From a virus, in the IMG/VR virus record IMGVR_UViG_3300048080_000240, positions 1-40,419 of that record: 40,419 nucleotides of DNA. One strand, given 5' to 3'. The notes under the pieces are model-generated. The model searched no databases, was not told the DNA's origin, and saw only the letters and a list, made by a program, of their open reading frames with translations. This document shows, one piece after another, positions 31,302 through 40,058 of this stretch (position 1 is its first letter; each line of letters begins with the position of its first letter). The translations under genes and the position numbers were made by a program.

Positions 31302-31800
31302 CTGCAAGCTATTGCCAGCCGAGGAGATACTGATCGGCCGCGAGAAGATCCGCCACGTCATGCCCCAATGCCACGTCCAGCGCTACGAGCGCCGCGGCGA
31401 CACGCCGGTGGAAACCAACGCCGAGATGGACCGGCAGAAAGCCATCGGAAAGGACTGGCAAGCGTCGTGGTCCAACAGCGACTACGGGCGCTTCCGCATC
31501 GACTTTGCCCGTCGCGTCGCCCGAGACCGCATGCCAGCCGCCGAAGTCGTCCGCTACCTCACCGAGAACCAGTCCTCCTGGCCGGCCTACGACTTCACCG
31601 ACGACCTCGCCTACTGGCAGGCGATGGCCGATGGTCACGTCGTCTGCCCGGTCTGCCACGAGGACCTCGGCCCACCCCCGCCCTGCGGCTGTGGATGCCA
31701 GGGAGCCCCGCCAAGGGTAGCAGGCTGGCGGACCCTGGCTCCCACCATGCCCCCGCCGCCAAAACGCGCCCCAGAGACCGCGGAGGAAGTTTTCTCTTGA
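31294..31800 (+). CDS. Hypothetical protein (168 aa) with C-terminal Cys cluster
   Basis: Overlaps the upstream gene by 8 nt. VCPVCHEDLGPPPPCGCGC. Confidence 0.55.
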   Translation: MSSCKLLPAEEILIGREKIRHVMPQCHVQRYERRGDTPVETNAEMDRQKAIGKDWQASWSNSDYGRFRIDFARRVARDRMPAAEVVRYLTENQSSWPAYDFTDDLAYWQAMADGHVVCPVCHEDLGPPPPCGCGCQGAPPRVAGWRTLAPTMPPPPKRAPETAEEVFS

Positions 31801-31847
31801 ACCCCCACGAGCGGTAGGCGTATATGCTCCTGAACAGCAAGATCCGT

Positions 31848-31912
31848 GCCCGGGAGGGGCGCCCATGAGGCGCAAGGGGGTGCTTCGGTGGGCGAGGGGC
31901 CACCTCCCGGGC
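31848..31912 (+). other. Long imperfect stem-loop just upstream of the portal gene
   Basis: 10-bp perfect base GCCCGGGAGG 31848..31857 / CCTCCCGGGC 31903..31912, with further GC pairs inside. It ends 19 nt before ATG 31932. Confidence 0.55.
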
Positions 31913-31931
31913 TCGGCCTTGGGGGCCGTAG

Positions 31932-33788
31932 ATGCCGCTCACGATCGACGCCCGCGTGGGCAACCAGACCGGCAAGGAAACCAAGCAGCACCGCGACTCG
32001 AGCCCGCTTCGGCAGCTCGTCCTCGCCGACCCCGAGGACCAGGACCGGATCGTCCAGTGGTCTGACCAGCTTTTCGACCTCACCTACCGCGCCCGCCAGC
32101 CCTACCAGGACGCCTGGAGCGACTTCTACGATTGGGCGCGCGGCAACCAGTGGGACCCCCGCCGGCCGCCCTGGCGCTCCCACTTCAAGTCCAACTACAT
32201 CTTCGCCGCGGTGATGAGTCGCACCGCCGTCCTCACCGACTCCCGCCCGATCATCCGCGCCCGCCCGAGGACCGAGAAGGATCTTGAGGTCGTCCAGGAG
32301 GAGGTGAACCCGCTCCTCGAGTTCCTCTGGGAAACGCAGCGGATGGACGCCTCCTTCGCCGAGGCCGTCGCCGGCGCCGTCATCCTCGGCACCTACTACT
32401 TGAAGCCCTACTGGGACCCCACGCTCGCCCAGGGAAAAGGCGACGCTGCGACCTCGATCGTCGATCCCTCGACGGTCTGGAACGACGGCGGTGCCCTCGC
32501 CGTCAACGGCCCTGACGGCGGCGAGTTCATCTTCCACGTCGAGCCTCGCTCGCTCGAGTGGATCGAGCGCATGTTCCCCGAGCGCGGCCACGAGGTCGAA
32601 CCCGAAGACATCCCGATGGACTTCTTCGGCGGGGCGCGCACCTACCGCCGGGCGCTGAACCGGATCCCGGTCGATGAGAAGCCCTGGATCCGGAACCTGC
32701 CGATCATTGGACCCTTGTTCGGGCGCCGGGGTCAGCAAGCCGATCAGATGGCGGACTCCGATATCCCCCGTGCCCTCGTCTTCGAGCTCTGGGTGCGCGA
32801 TGGCAAGGTCGATGGCTCGGACGAAGACGGCTACAGCGAGCGCTACCCGCGCGGCCGGCGCATCTGCTACGCAAACCGTGTCCTCCTGACACCCGACAAG
32901 GAGAGCCAGCAGTCGCCCTACCCCGATGCGCGCTTCCCGTTCGTTCGGATGCGGAACTACGTCTGGCCCGGCGAGTACTTCGGCGGCTCCGATGTCGAGC
33001 AGACGATGCCGATCCAGCAGGAGATGAACCTCGCCCGGGCGCGGATCTCCGACCACATGGCGAACTTCACCAACGGCAAGTGGGTGATCCAGAAGGGCTC
33101 GGGCATCGACACCAACACGCTCTCGAACTCGCCGACCCAGATCATCGAGCCGCGGCGGATGGAGATGGTGAAGCGGCTCGATGGGCTGCCGCTCCCCGAG
33201 GGCCAGATCGCCTTCCTCACCGTCTGCCAGCGAGACTTCGAGAACGTCGGCGCCTATCAGGAATCGACTCAGGGGCGCGTGCCCGAGCGGATCCAGTCCG
33301 GGCTCGCGATCCAAGAACTGAAAGAGGCGGCTTTTTCGCGCGTGCGCCTGACCGAGCGCGGCATCAAGGAATCGCTCGAGGAATGGGCCGACCTCTCGCT
33401 TGGGCTCGTCCGCCACTACTACGACGGGAAGCGGGTCGTCTCCGTGACGGATCAGAAGGGCGCCTCGGCCTTCATCACGATCGAGCCCGGCCGGATCCCC
33501 GAGCGCCTCGACTTCGAGGCCACCGTCGGCTCTCAGATCCTTCGCGGCCAGCAGAAGATCTCGAACAACGACGCGATCCAGCTCTTCCAGGCGGGTCTCA
33601 TCGACCAGCAGGCGGCGCTCGAAGCCATCGACTTCCCCGAAGCGAAAAGCCTCGTCGCCCGCACCGACAACGCGAAGGCGACGATCATGAATCTCGTCAA
33701 GGCCGATCCGGCGTTCAGGAAGGCGCTCGTCGAGGAGCTCCAGGGCGTCGGCGGCGCGAATGGTGGGACCCCAACACGGAGGATGTAG
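31932..33788 (+). CDS. Portal protein
   Basis: 618 aa. Size and its position between the terminase and the scaffold/capsid genes. Acidic/aromatic-rich, typical portal composition. Confidence 0.65.
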   Translation: MPLTIDARVGNQTGKETKQHRDSSPLRQLVLADPEDQDRIVQWSDQLFDLTYRARQPYQDAWSDFYDWARGNQWDPRRPPWRSHFKSNYIFAAVMSRTAVLTDSRPIIRARPRTEKDLEVVQEEVNPLLEFLWETQRMDASFAEAVAGAVILGTYYLKPYWDPTLAQGKGDAATSIVDPSTVWNDGGALAVNGPDGGEFIFHVEPRSLEWIERMFPERGHEVEPEDIPMDFFGGARTYRRALNRIPVDEKPWIRNLPIIGPLFGRRGQQADQMADSDIPRALVFELWVRDGKVDGSDEDGYSERYPRGRRICYANRVLLTPDKESQQSPYPDARFPFVRMRNYVWPGEYFGGSDVEQTMPIQQEMNLARARISDHMANFTNGKWVIQKGSGIDTNTLSNSPTQIIEPRRMEMVKRLDGLPLPEGQIAFLTVCQRDFENVGAYQESTQGRVPERIQSGLAIQELKEAAFSRVRLTERGIKESLEEWADLSLGLVRHYYDGKRVVSVTDQKGASAFITIEPGRIPERLDFEATVGSQILRGQQKISNNDAIQLFQAGLIDQQAALEAIDFPEAKSLVARTDNAKATIMNLVKADPAFRKALVEELQGVGGANGGTPTRRM

Positions 33789-33791
33789 CCG

Positions 33792-34049
33792 ATGTCATCG
33801 CAAGACATGAGTGTCATCGACCGAGGCGCCAAGGGCGGCCTCAAGGAAGGCACGGGGCAGGGGAAGATCGCCGGCTCGCCCGATGGTGCTCAGGGCGATC
33901 AGCTTTCCGACTTCTGGCCCTGGAAGGAGCCGGGTGGTCAGGGTCAACACGGCTCGATCATCGGCAGCCCGGTCGGGATCGAAGGCCGGGTCCGGGATGC
34001 GTCGTCGCCTGGTCGCATGGGCGCGATGAAGCGCCGGCTCGGAGGCTAG
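33792..34049 (+). CDS. Small Gly-rich head-module protein (85 aa)
   Basis: ATG lies 3 nt after the portal stop. Confidence 0.5.
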   Translation: MSSQDMSVIDRGAKGGLKEGTGQGKIAGSPDGAQGDQLSDFWPWKEPGGQGQHGSIIGSPVGIEGRVRDASSPGRMGAMKRRLGG

Positions 34050-34050
34050 C

Positions 34051-34596
34051 GTGGCTACCGGAACCGCCACCACGGTCGTCGGCCAATCGGTCCTCGAGAG
34101 CGGACCGGCGCAGAAGATCCTCGAGGTCGATTTCGCCGGCGTCCAGGGAGACAACGCCGTCACGGTGCGCGCGGTTGGATCCGTTGCCGTGGAGATGCCA
34201 GCCCGCGCCGGCGCGCTCGTGCTTCTCTACACGCTCACGAACGCTGCGGGCGGCGGCGCCGGCGACAGCCATTTCGGCGAGATCGAAATCGAAATCGACG
34301 GCCGTTTCTATGCCGTCGCATCCACCCAGGGGATGGCCTACAACCTGAGCGGCGCGGTGAATCCGATCACGGCCCCCGTAATCTTTACGGGCGGCAACGG
34401 GCCGACCGTGGGGCCAGTCGGCCACATCACCGCTGACGCTTTGCTTGGAGCGGCGAATGTCGTGGGTGGAATCCATCCAACCGTTGCCAGCCGGGTGAGG
34501 ATCGGGGTGGTCGCGATTCATGTGGGAGGCCCGGCCGGATCAGCGAACATCACCGCCGCCCTCTGGACCGTGCCCTACCGCGGCACGCACCGCTGA
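34051..34596 (+). CDS. Head-module protein (181 aa), function unassigned
   Basis: GTG 34051 has GGAGG 5 nt upstream. Beta-rich composition. Confidence 0.55.
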   Translation: MATGTATTVVGQSVLESGPAQKILEVDFAGVQGDNAVTVRAVGSVAVEMPARAGALVLLYTLTNAAGGGAGDSHFGEIEIEIDGRFYAVASTQGMAYNLSGAVNPITAPVIFTGGNGPTVGPVGHITADALLGAANVVGGIHPTVASRVRIGVVAIHVGGPAGSANITAALWTVPYRGTHR

Positions 34597-34606
34597 GGAG
34601 ACCAGG

Positions 34607-34762
34607 ATGCCGGCGCCGAAGGGCTGGACCCCGGCCATGAAGGCCAAGCTCAAGCGTTGCGAAGAGCACGTCGGGGATCGCCCCGGCACGAACAAGTACG
34701 CGGTCTGCCGCGCATCGGTGGGTCGCATGAAGGCGATGCGGAAGCGCGTCGGGAAAGGATGA
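34607..34762 (+). CDS. Small basic protein (51 aa)
   Basis: GAGGAG RBS before ATG 34607; in frame with track ORF 34520..34762. Confidence 0.5.
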   Translation: MPAPKGWTPAMKAKLKRCEEHVGDRPGTNKYAVCRASVGRMKAMRKRVGKG

Positions 34763-34765
34763 GCG

Positions 34766-35128
34766 ATGCCTGCTGGTGGCGAGCCCTATACGCGGCCTCC
34801 GATCCAGGTCGAGAACCCGGCGGCGGCGGCGCCAACGAATGGTGGTGCTACCGCTGCCCCAGCCAAACGCGGCGGCGGCGCCGGCGGCGCCGGAAGCGCA
34901 CAGGCGCTCGTGCCGAAGCTCCTACAGGCGCTTGAGGCGGCGCCACCGGAGGAGTTCTCGGCGGCGATGCAGGACCTCGCAGCCGGAGTCCAGGCGATCG
35001 CCGAGCGCAAGTTCGGCGGCCAGGTCGGTCCGGTCGGAGGGGCGCCGCAGCCCGTCGGTGCCGGGCTGCCGACCGCCGTGCCGTCTGCACCTACACCGCC
35101 CGATCAGCGGATGCTGAACGCGGCTTAG
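34766..35128 (+). CDS. Ala/Gly/Pro-rich head-module protein (120 aa)
   Basis: The track ORF follows the previous stop by 3 nt. Confidence 0.5.
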   Translation: MPAGGEPYTRPPIQVENPAAAAPTNGGATAAPAKRGGGAGGAGSAQALVPKLLQALEAAPPEEFSAAMQDLAAGVQAIAERKFGGQVGPVGGAPQPVGAGLPTAVPSAPTPPDQRMLNAA

Positions 35129-35138
35129 AGGAGAAGCG

Positions 35139-35903
35139 ATGCCGGTCGATCCGAACGCTCCTGGAGGAAACGAGGCCCAGGGGCAAGAGGAAGAGGTCTT
35201 TACGCGCGAGCAGGTCGGAGAGCTCATGGCTGAGCACGACCGGCGCTGGCAGGCGCGACTCACGCCGCTCCACCAGGAGCGGGCGGAGCTTCGCCGCGCC
35301 AACGCGAGATACGAGGGCCGGCTCGATGCCCTCGAGAAGACGATCCAGTCCCGAGGCAACGCCGCTTCGCCCAACGGTCGGGACGAAGACGACGGTGTGG
35401 ACTGGAAGGCTTTGGCCGGAGACGCCGCTGATGAACTCCGCCGTGCCATCGACAAGCGATTCGAGTGGCATGGGCGCCGTTCGACGAGACCCGAGCCCGC
35501 AGCCGAGCGCGGCGATGGACTCTCGCCGACCGAAGAGCGCATGGAGGCCTACCTTCTCAACCAGGAAGAGGAGAAGGTGCGAAGCGTCTACCGCGGCATG
35601 ACCGAGGACGAAATGAGGCAGATTCTCGAGCTCGGTATCTCAACCGGGAACGGCGACCTCAAGTACCTCGCTTTCGAGCTCTACGGATCACCGGAGGAGT
35701 GGAAGCGGGGTCGAGGGGGCGCCGACGAAGGTGGCTCGCGGACTGGAGGCGGCCGTACCCCGCAGTCTGTCTTGGCTGGCCGGGCGCGCGCGCAAGGCGC
35801 AGCCCGCTCTCAGGAGATCGTCGAGATCCCCGGAGGGATGGCCGGCTATCGGGCGGCGGACAAGATCGCGGAGAAGTTCCTCAAGAGCCAGGGCCACACG
35901 TAA
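35139..35903 (+). CDS. Scaffolding protein (probable)
   Basis: Charged helical 254-aa protein immediately upstream of the major capsid gene. GAGGAGAAG RBS. Confidence 0.5.
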   Translation: MPVDPNAPGGNEAQGQEEEVFTREQVGELMAEHDRRWQARLTPLHQERAELRRANARYEGRLDALEKTIQSRGNAASPNGRDEDDGVDWKALAGDAADELRRAIDKRFEWHGRRSTRPEPAAERGDGLSPTEERMEAYLLNQEEEKVRSVYRGMTEDEMRQILELGISTGNGDLKYLAFELYGSPEEWKRGRGGADEGGSRTGGGRTPQSVLAGRARAQGAARSQEIVEIPGGMAGYRAADKIAEKFLKSQGHT

Positions 35904-35914
35904 GGGGAATCTGA

Positions 35915-36925
35915 ATGGCTGTCACAATCGACGAAATCTCGGCACTTACCGAGAAACTCTACATCAAACTCATCGCCGACAACGTGTTCAACTCGAACGC
36001 GCTGCTCGCTCGCATGCACAAGCGCGGGATGAAGACGGATGGCGGCACCGCCATTCACACCCCGCTCATGTACTCGCGTGTCGGTGCCTCGGGGGCGATC
36101 CGCGGCTTCGAGGCGATGACCATCGACGCCGACGATCAGTTCACCGCGGTGGACTTCGGCTACAAGGAATACTACGCAGCGATCGTCGTGTCGCGGCGGG
36201 AAGTGATCTTGAACAGCGGCGTCTCAGCCAAAGTGAAGCACCTCTCCGCGAAGGCGATGGCGGCGGAGATGACGCTCCGCGATCTCATGGGCACCGGACT
36301 CCAGTCGGACGGGCTCACCACCCGGCTCATCGAGGGCCTGGACGCGGCGACTCAGAACACGACCGTCTACCCGAACACGAACGCCGGCGACGGCTCGCTC
36401 GGGATCGACCCCTCGGTCGAGACCTGGTGGCAATCGGGCTTCCGCGGGGCAGCGACGGCGCTGATCGCGGCTACCACGCTCGGCGCCGACGGCTCGAACG
36501 CCGCCCGGATCTTCCAGGTCTTCACCGGAAGGCTCACCGAGGCGCCCTACGGCCCGACCATCTACATCACGACTCAGGACGGGTTCGATCGCTTCCACGC
36601 GGGCACGGTCACGATCTCCACCTCGGGGCTCACGCCGGCCGGCGGGCAGCAGTTCGCGGACCCGCATCTCGCATCCCTCGGCTTCGAGACGCTCCTCTTC
36701 CGGGGGAAGCCGATCGTTGTCGATTCGCACGTCACGGGGAACCGGATCTTCGCGCTCAATGAGAACTTCCTGGATCTCATGTCGCACGAGGATGAGAACT
36801 TCACCTTCGCGCCGTATCGCGAGCCGGTGAACCAGAAAGCGATGATCGGCTACATCTTCTGGACCGGAAACCTGGTCTGCAACAACCGGCGCTATCAGGG
36901 CCTCATCACGGATTACGCCGCCTAG
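35915..36925 (+). CDS. Major capsid protein (HK97-fold type expected)
   Basis: 336 aa, GGGGAA RBS. Position after the scaffold gene and before the decoration genes. The N-terminus MAVTIDEISALTEKLYIKLIADNVFNSNALLARM is typical of capsid proteins. Confidence 0.7.
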   Translation: MAVTIDEISALTEKLYIKLIADNVFNSNALLARMHKRGMKTDGGTAIHTPLMYSRVGASGAIRGFEAMTIDADDQFTAVDFGYKEYYAAIVVSRREVILNSGVSAKVKHLSAKAMAAEMTLRDLMGTGLQSDGLTTRLIEGLDAATQNTTVYPNTNAGDGSLGIDPSVETWWQSGFRGAATALIAATTLGADGSNAARIFQVFTGRLTEAPYGPTIYITTQDGFDRFHAGTVTISTSGLTPAGGQQFADPHLASLGFETLLFRGKPIVVDSHVTGNRIFALNENFLDLMSHEDENFTFAPYREPVNQKAMIGYIFWTGNLVCNNRRYQGLITDYAA

Positions 36926-36960
36926 GAAGCGCTGGAACCAGAGAAAGGAAGGTCAAGAAG

Positions 36961-37476
36961 ATGGGTTACCAGGACGTACTCGAAGCCCTGAGCGGCACGG
37001 GTGTCGCGGCAACGCCAGGGGTAAACGCCGCTGCTCGGTCTGCCACGGAAACCGAGACTTGGCTAGTGGCATCGGCGACTGGCGGTGCGACGACGATTCT
37101 CGATGGCGATGTCATGTGCATCGACTTCGCCACTTACACTACGGTTCGATCCAGGATCGCGAAGAAATGCGCGGCCACGACCGACGTGCCGCTCGGTGTC
37201 GCCTTCCTGAACGCTACGGTCACGATTCCGCAAACGACCGCCGCCGGCGACATCGTTCAGCCGATCCTCATTATGCGACGAGGATTCCACCACGCCGTCA
37301 GTGCCACTACGGGCGGCGCGGCCGGACAGGCGCTCGTCACCTCGGCGACAAGCGGCCAGGGCGCTCCAGTGGCGGTGGCCTCGCTGACGGCGGCTCAGTC
37401 GCAAACGGTCATCGGGATTGCTATGGGAGCAATCGCCGCGAACAAGGTTCCATTGCTCGTTCAACCGCAGGCATAG
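36961..37476 (+). CDS. Capsid decoration/cement-like protein, paralogue 1 (DUF2190-like)
   Basis: Pattern DGDVMCIDF...PLGVAFLNA...GDIVQPILIMRRG...GQALVTSATSGQG...VIGIAMG. Confidence 0.5.
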   Translation: MGYQDVLEALSGTGVAATPGVNAAARSATETETWLVASATGGATTILDGDVMCIDFATYTTVRSRIAKKCAATTDVPLGVAFLNATVTIPQTTAAGDIVQPILIMRRGFHHAVSATTGGAAGQALVTSATSGQGAPVAVASLTAAQSQTVIGIAMGAIAANKVPLLVQPQA

Positions 37477-37496
37477 AAAAGGGGATCGAAGGACGG

Positions 37497-37529
37497 GTGG
37501 CGGGGGGCAACTGGCCGGCCCTCCGCCAC
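37497..37529 (+). other. Strong GC hairpin between decoration paralogues 1 and 2
   Basis: 11-bp stem GTGGCGGGGGG 37497..37507 / CCCTCCGCCAC 37519..37529 (one G-U pair), 11-nt loop, no U tract. Confidence 0.6.
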
Positions 37530-37551
37530 GCGCTACCAGAAAGGGGAAAGG

Positions 37552-37980
37552 ATGAGCCACCGATTCTCAACCGGTCATGATGTCGTGACTGCGGCCAACG
37601 GTGCCGCGAAGCTGATTCTGGAAGAGGAGACTTGGACTGCTTCCGCGGACCTCACGGATGGCGACTTGGTGGCCCTTAACCGAGCGGCGCCGTCCACCGT
37701 CGTTCAGGCCGCCACGGGCGCCGCCAACCGCATCATCATTGGCGTCGTGCTTGAAACCGCGCTTGGCGGCTCCTCGGTGCGGGTCCTCCGCCGCGGTCGG
37801 CACCCGGCCGTCAAGGCCATCGCCGCGACTGCAGCCGATGTGGCGCTCTTTGCCTCAGCGACGGCCGGAACCGTCGATGACGCCGCGGTTGCCAACGGTC
37901 AAGTCGTTGGCTGGTCGCTTGCGGCCGAGGCCGGCGGCTTCATCTCGGCCTGGATCGAGCCCGGCATGGCCGTGAGTTAA
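37552..37980 (+). CDS. Capsid decoration/cement-like protein, paralogue 2 (DUF2190-like)
   Basis: LTDGDLVALNRAAPSTVVQAA...IIGVVLETALGGSSVRVLRRG...ALFASATAGTV...VVGWSLA fits the DUF2190 pattern. Confidence 0.55.
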   Translation: MSHRFSTGHDVVTAANGAAKLILEEETWTASADLTDGDLVALNRAAPSTVVQAATGAANRIIIGVVLETALGGSSVRVLRRGRHPAVKAIAATAADVALFASATAGTVDDAAVANGQVVGWSLAAEAGGFISAWIEPGMAVS

Positions 37981-37990
37981 GGAGAGTCCA

Positions 37991-38479
37991 ATGACGCGCA
38001 TTCCGTTCCAGGTCATCGACGATGCAAGAAAGCAATCGGGCTCGGCGCAGGCTGGCCCTGTGCTTGGCATCAACGATCCGACCCGCCGCGAGGATCCCTG
38101 GGTCTACATCGCGAACGAGTCGATCACGGCTGGCAGCTTCGTCTCGATCGTCGCGACCAATACGCGGCGGGTTCAGCTCGCCTCGGCGGTGCTCGGACGC
38201 GGGATTTGCGTTGGCATCGCCACTGAGACGCAAACCGAGATCGGGAAGCCGATCCGAGTGCTCAAGAACGGTGCCTACCCGACCGCCAATGTGGCGACCG
38301 ATGCCACTGCGCTTGCGGGCTGGTGGGTCGTGCTGGATGGGGTGAGTGCTGGCCGGGGTCTCGCGATCGACCAGGAGTTCGGCCCAGCCTCGATCCGTCA
38401 TGCCGGCGACATCATGGCAATCCTGCTGGAGCCTCCGGCGGCGAACGTGGCCTCGGTATGGGTGAAGGCGCCCTACTAG
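37991..38479 (+). CDS. Capsid decoration/cement-like protein, paralogue 3 (DUF2190-like)
   Basis: ITAGSFVSIVATNTRRVQLA...CVGIATETQTEIGKPIRVLKNG...WVVLDGVSAGRG shows the same architecture as paralogues 1 and 2. Confidence 0.5.
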   Translation: MTRIPFQVIDDARKQSGSAQAGPVLGINDPTRREDPWVYIANESITAGSFVSIVATNTRRVQLASAVLGRGICVGIATETQTEIGKPIRVLKNGAYPTANVATDATALAGWWVVLDGVSAGRGLAIDQEFGPASIRHAGDIMAILLEPPAANVASVWVKAPY

Positions 38480-38488
38480 GAGCGAGCC

Positions 38489-38842
38489 ATGATCTGGCGG
38501 CTCAAGGGTGAACTCGTCTTCACCACGAAGGCGCGGCGCAACCAGTTTGCAACGAGCTATGCCACGTTCAGGACGGGCCGTGCCATTCGCCTCGACAACT
38601 CGCTCTCACTAGATGAGCTGGTTGACGATGAAGGCACGCACCCTTTGCCGCCGACCTTTCTCATGGATGTCGCCTTCGAGGATGAGCCGACGACGATCCT
38701 CTACCACGGTACTTTGCGGACGGTCGCGATCGTTGGGCTCGTGCGTGCGTACATCAATCGGCACAAGTGCATGCTTGATCCTGGTGAGCTGCCACCCGAC
38801 CCGCCTTTCGAGACGGAGAGCGTGACCTGGGAGTACCCCTAA
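38489..38842 (+). CDS. Hypothetical head/neck-module protein (117 aa)
   Basis: AGGAGCGAG RBS; ordinary composition. Confidence 0.55.
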   Translation: MIWRLKGELVFTTKARRNQFATSYATFRTGRAIRLDNSLSLDELVDDEGTHPLPPTFLMDVAFEDEPTTILYHGTLRTVAIVGLVRAYINRHKCMLDPGELPPDPPFETESVTWEYP

Positions 38843-38843
38843 G

Positions 38844-40058
38844 ATGGCGCGCCTCTTTCTCTCCGGCTGGGAGATGCAAGAAACGATGGACGCGGGGTCG
38901 GGGACCGCGAATGGCTGTTGGGATGCAGCGAACGGATCGAATCTTGATGCGACTGCGGCGGCCGCGCGCACGGGCACTCACGGACTCCGAATCAACCCTG
39001 GCGTTGCATCGCAAAGCTCCGTGGACAAGCGCTACCAGCTTGACAACTCGGGCAACGACTGCTTCATCCGGTACTATCTGCGGATCGTTACCTCGGTGAA
39101 CACGCAGTCGGTCCTTCTTGCTACGTTTGTCGGGGTGGCCATCAGCTATCAGATCCGAATCAACACGAACAACACGCTTGAACTCTGGAACGACACGGCG
39201 ATCATCGGGTCCGCCTCGGCGGCTTTGACCGCTAATGTTTGGTACCGCATCGAAGCCGGCCTCATCGCCGCCACGGATGTCGTGACCGCGTACATCGATG
39301 GTGTCTCTTTCGCCTCGGGGACAGTCAGTGCGGGTGACGATCAGCCCGGCTTCATGCGACTTGGGCTCCACACGATCAACGCGACGGGCGAGGTCCACTT
39401 TGATGACGTAGCGGTCAATAACCAGACGGGCTCCGCGCAGACCAGCCTCCCCGGTGAGGGGAATCAACGCGTTTTCATGCCGAACGCTACGGGAGACATC
39501 CGCACAAGCTCCTCGGGTGGAGCTGATTCCGGTAACGGCTGGGATCAGGTGAATGATAAGCCGGTCAACGACGCGACGGACTACGAGATTTTCGATGTGA
39601 ACGCCGAAGAGTTGGATGTCAACATCGAGGCGGCGTCTGGAATAATCCCTGGCGGATCGTCGATCACGCTCGTTGCAGTAGGGGCGCGACATCGGATTGA
39701 TGCGGGTACTAATCCGTTCAGCTACCAACTGCATATCAAATCGCAAGCCTCGGGTACTAAGCAGAACGGTACGGCGACCACGCATAATGACGCCACTTGG
39801 AAGTCCCTCGGCGACGCCGTGCCCCGACCCTATTCGCTCGTCTCCTATGTCGATCCGCAAGCGGGTGGGTCCTGGACGATTGCGCTGCTGGATACCGCGC
39901 ACATCGGCTCCACGGTGTCATCGGTGCCGGGGACCGAGTGGCTCACGGCCCTGTGGGCCTACGTCGAGTACGTCGAGGCTGCACCCGGTGGCTTTCAGGC
40001 GGCCTGGGCACGCGACCACAACGAGCTTCTAGGCGGAGGCCAGGCGCATGTTCACTAA
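38844..40058 (+). CDS. LamG/concanavalin-A-like domain tail protein (404 aa)
   Basis: LTANVWYRIEAGLIAATDVVTAYIDGVSFASG and the later ...HFDDVAVNNQ are typical LamG_3 strands. Noticeably lower G+C than the surrounding genes. Confidence 0.55.
   Translation: MARLFLSGWEMQETMDAGSGTANGCWDAANGSNLDATAAAARTGTHGLRINPGVASQSSVDKRYQLDNSGNDCFIRYYLRIVTSVNTQSVLLATFVGVAISYQIRINTNNTLELWNDTAIIGSASAALTANVWYRIEAGLIAATDVVTAYIDGVSFASGTVSAGDDQPGFMRLGLHTINATGEVHFDDVAVNNQTGSAQTSLPGEGNQRVFMPNATGDIRTSSSGGADSGNGWDQVNDKPVNDATDYEIFDVNAEELDVNIEAASGIIPGGSSITLVAVGARHRIDAGTNPFSYQLHIKSQASGTKQNGTATTHNDATWKSLGDAVPRPYSLVSYVDPQAGGSWTIALLDTAHIGSTVSSVPGTEWLTALWAYVEYVEAAPGGFQAAWARDHNELLGGGQAHVH

Noticed and set aside
31635-33416. A 593-aa minus-strand ORF opposite the portal gene, plus similar long antisense ORFs (3361..4560, 27765..28871, 38754..39902, 22868..23824)
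   Set aside because: These show the same shadow-ORF signature: Arg/Gly/Pro/Asp-rich products, no ribosome-binding sites, and each lies antisense to a well-supported gene within a co-directional operon.
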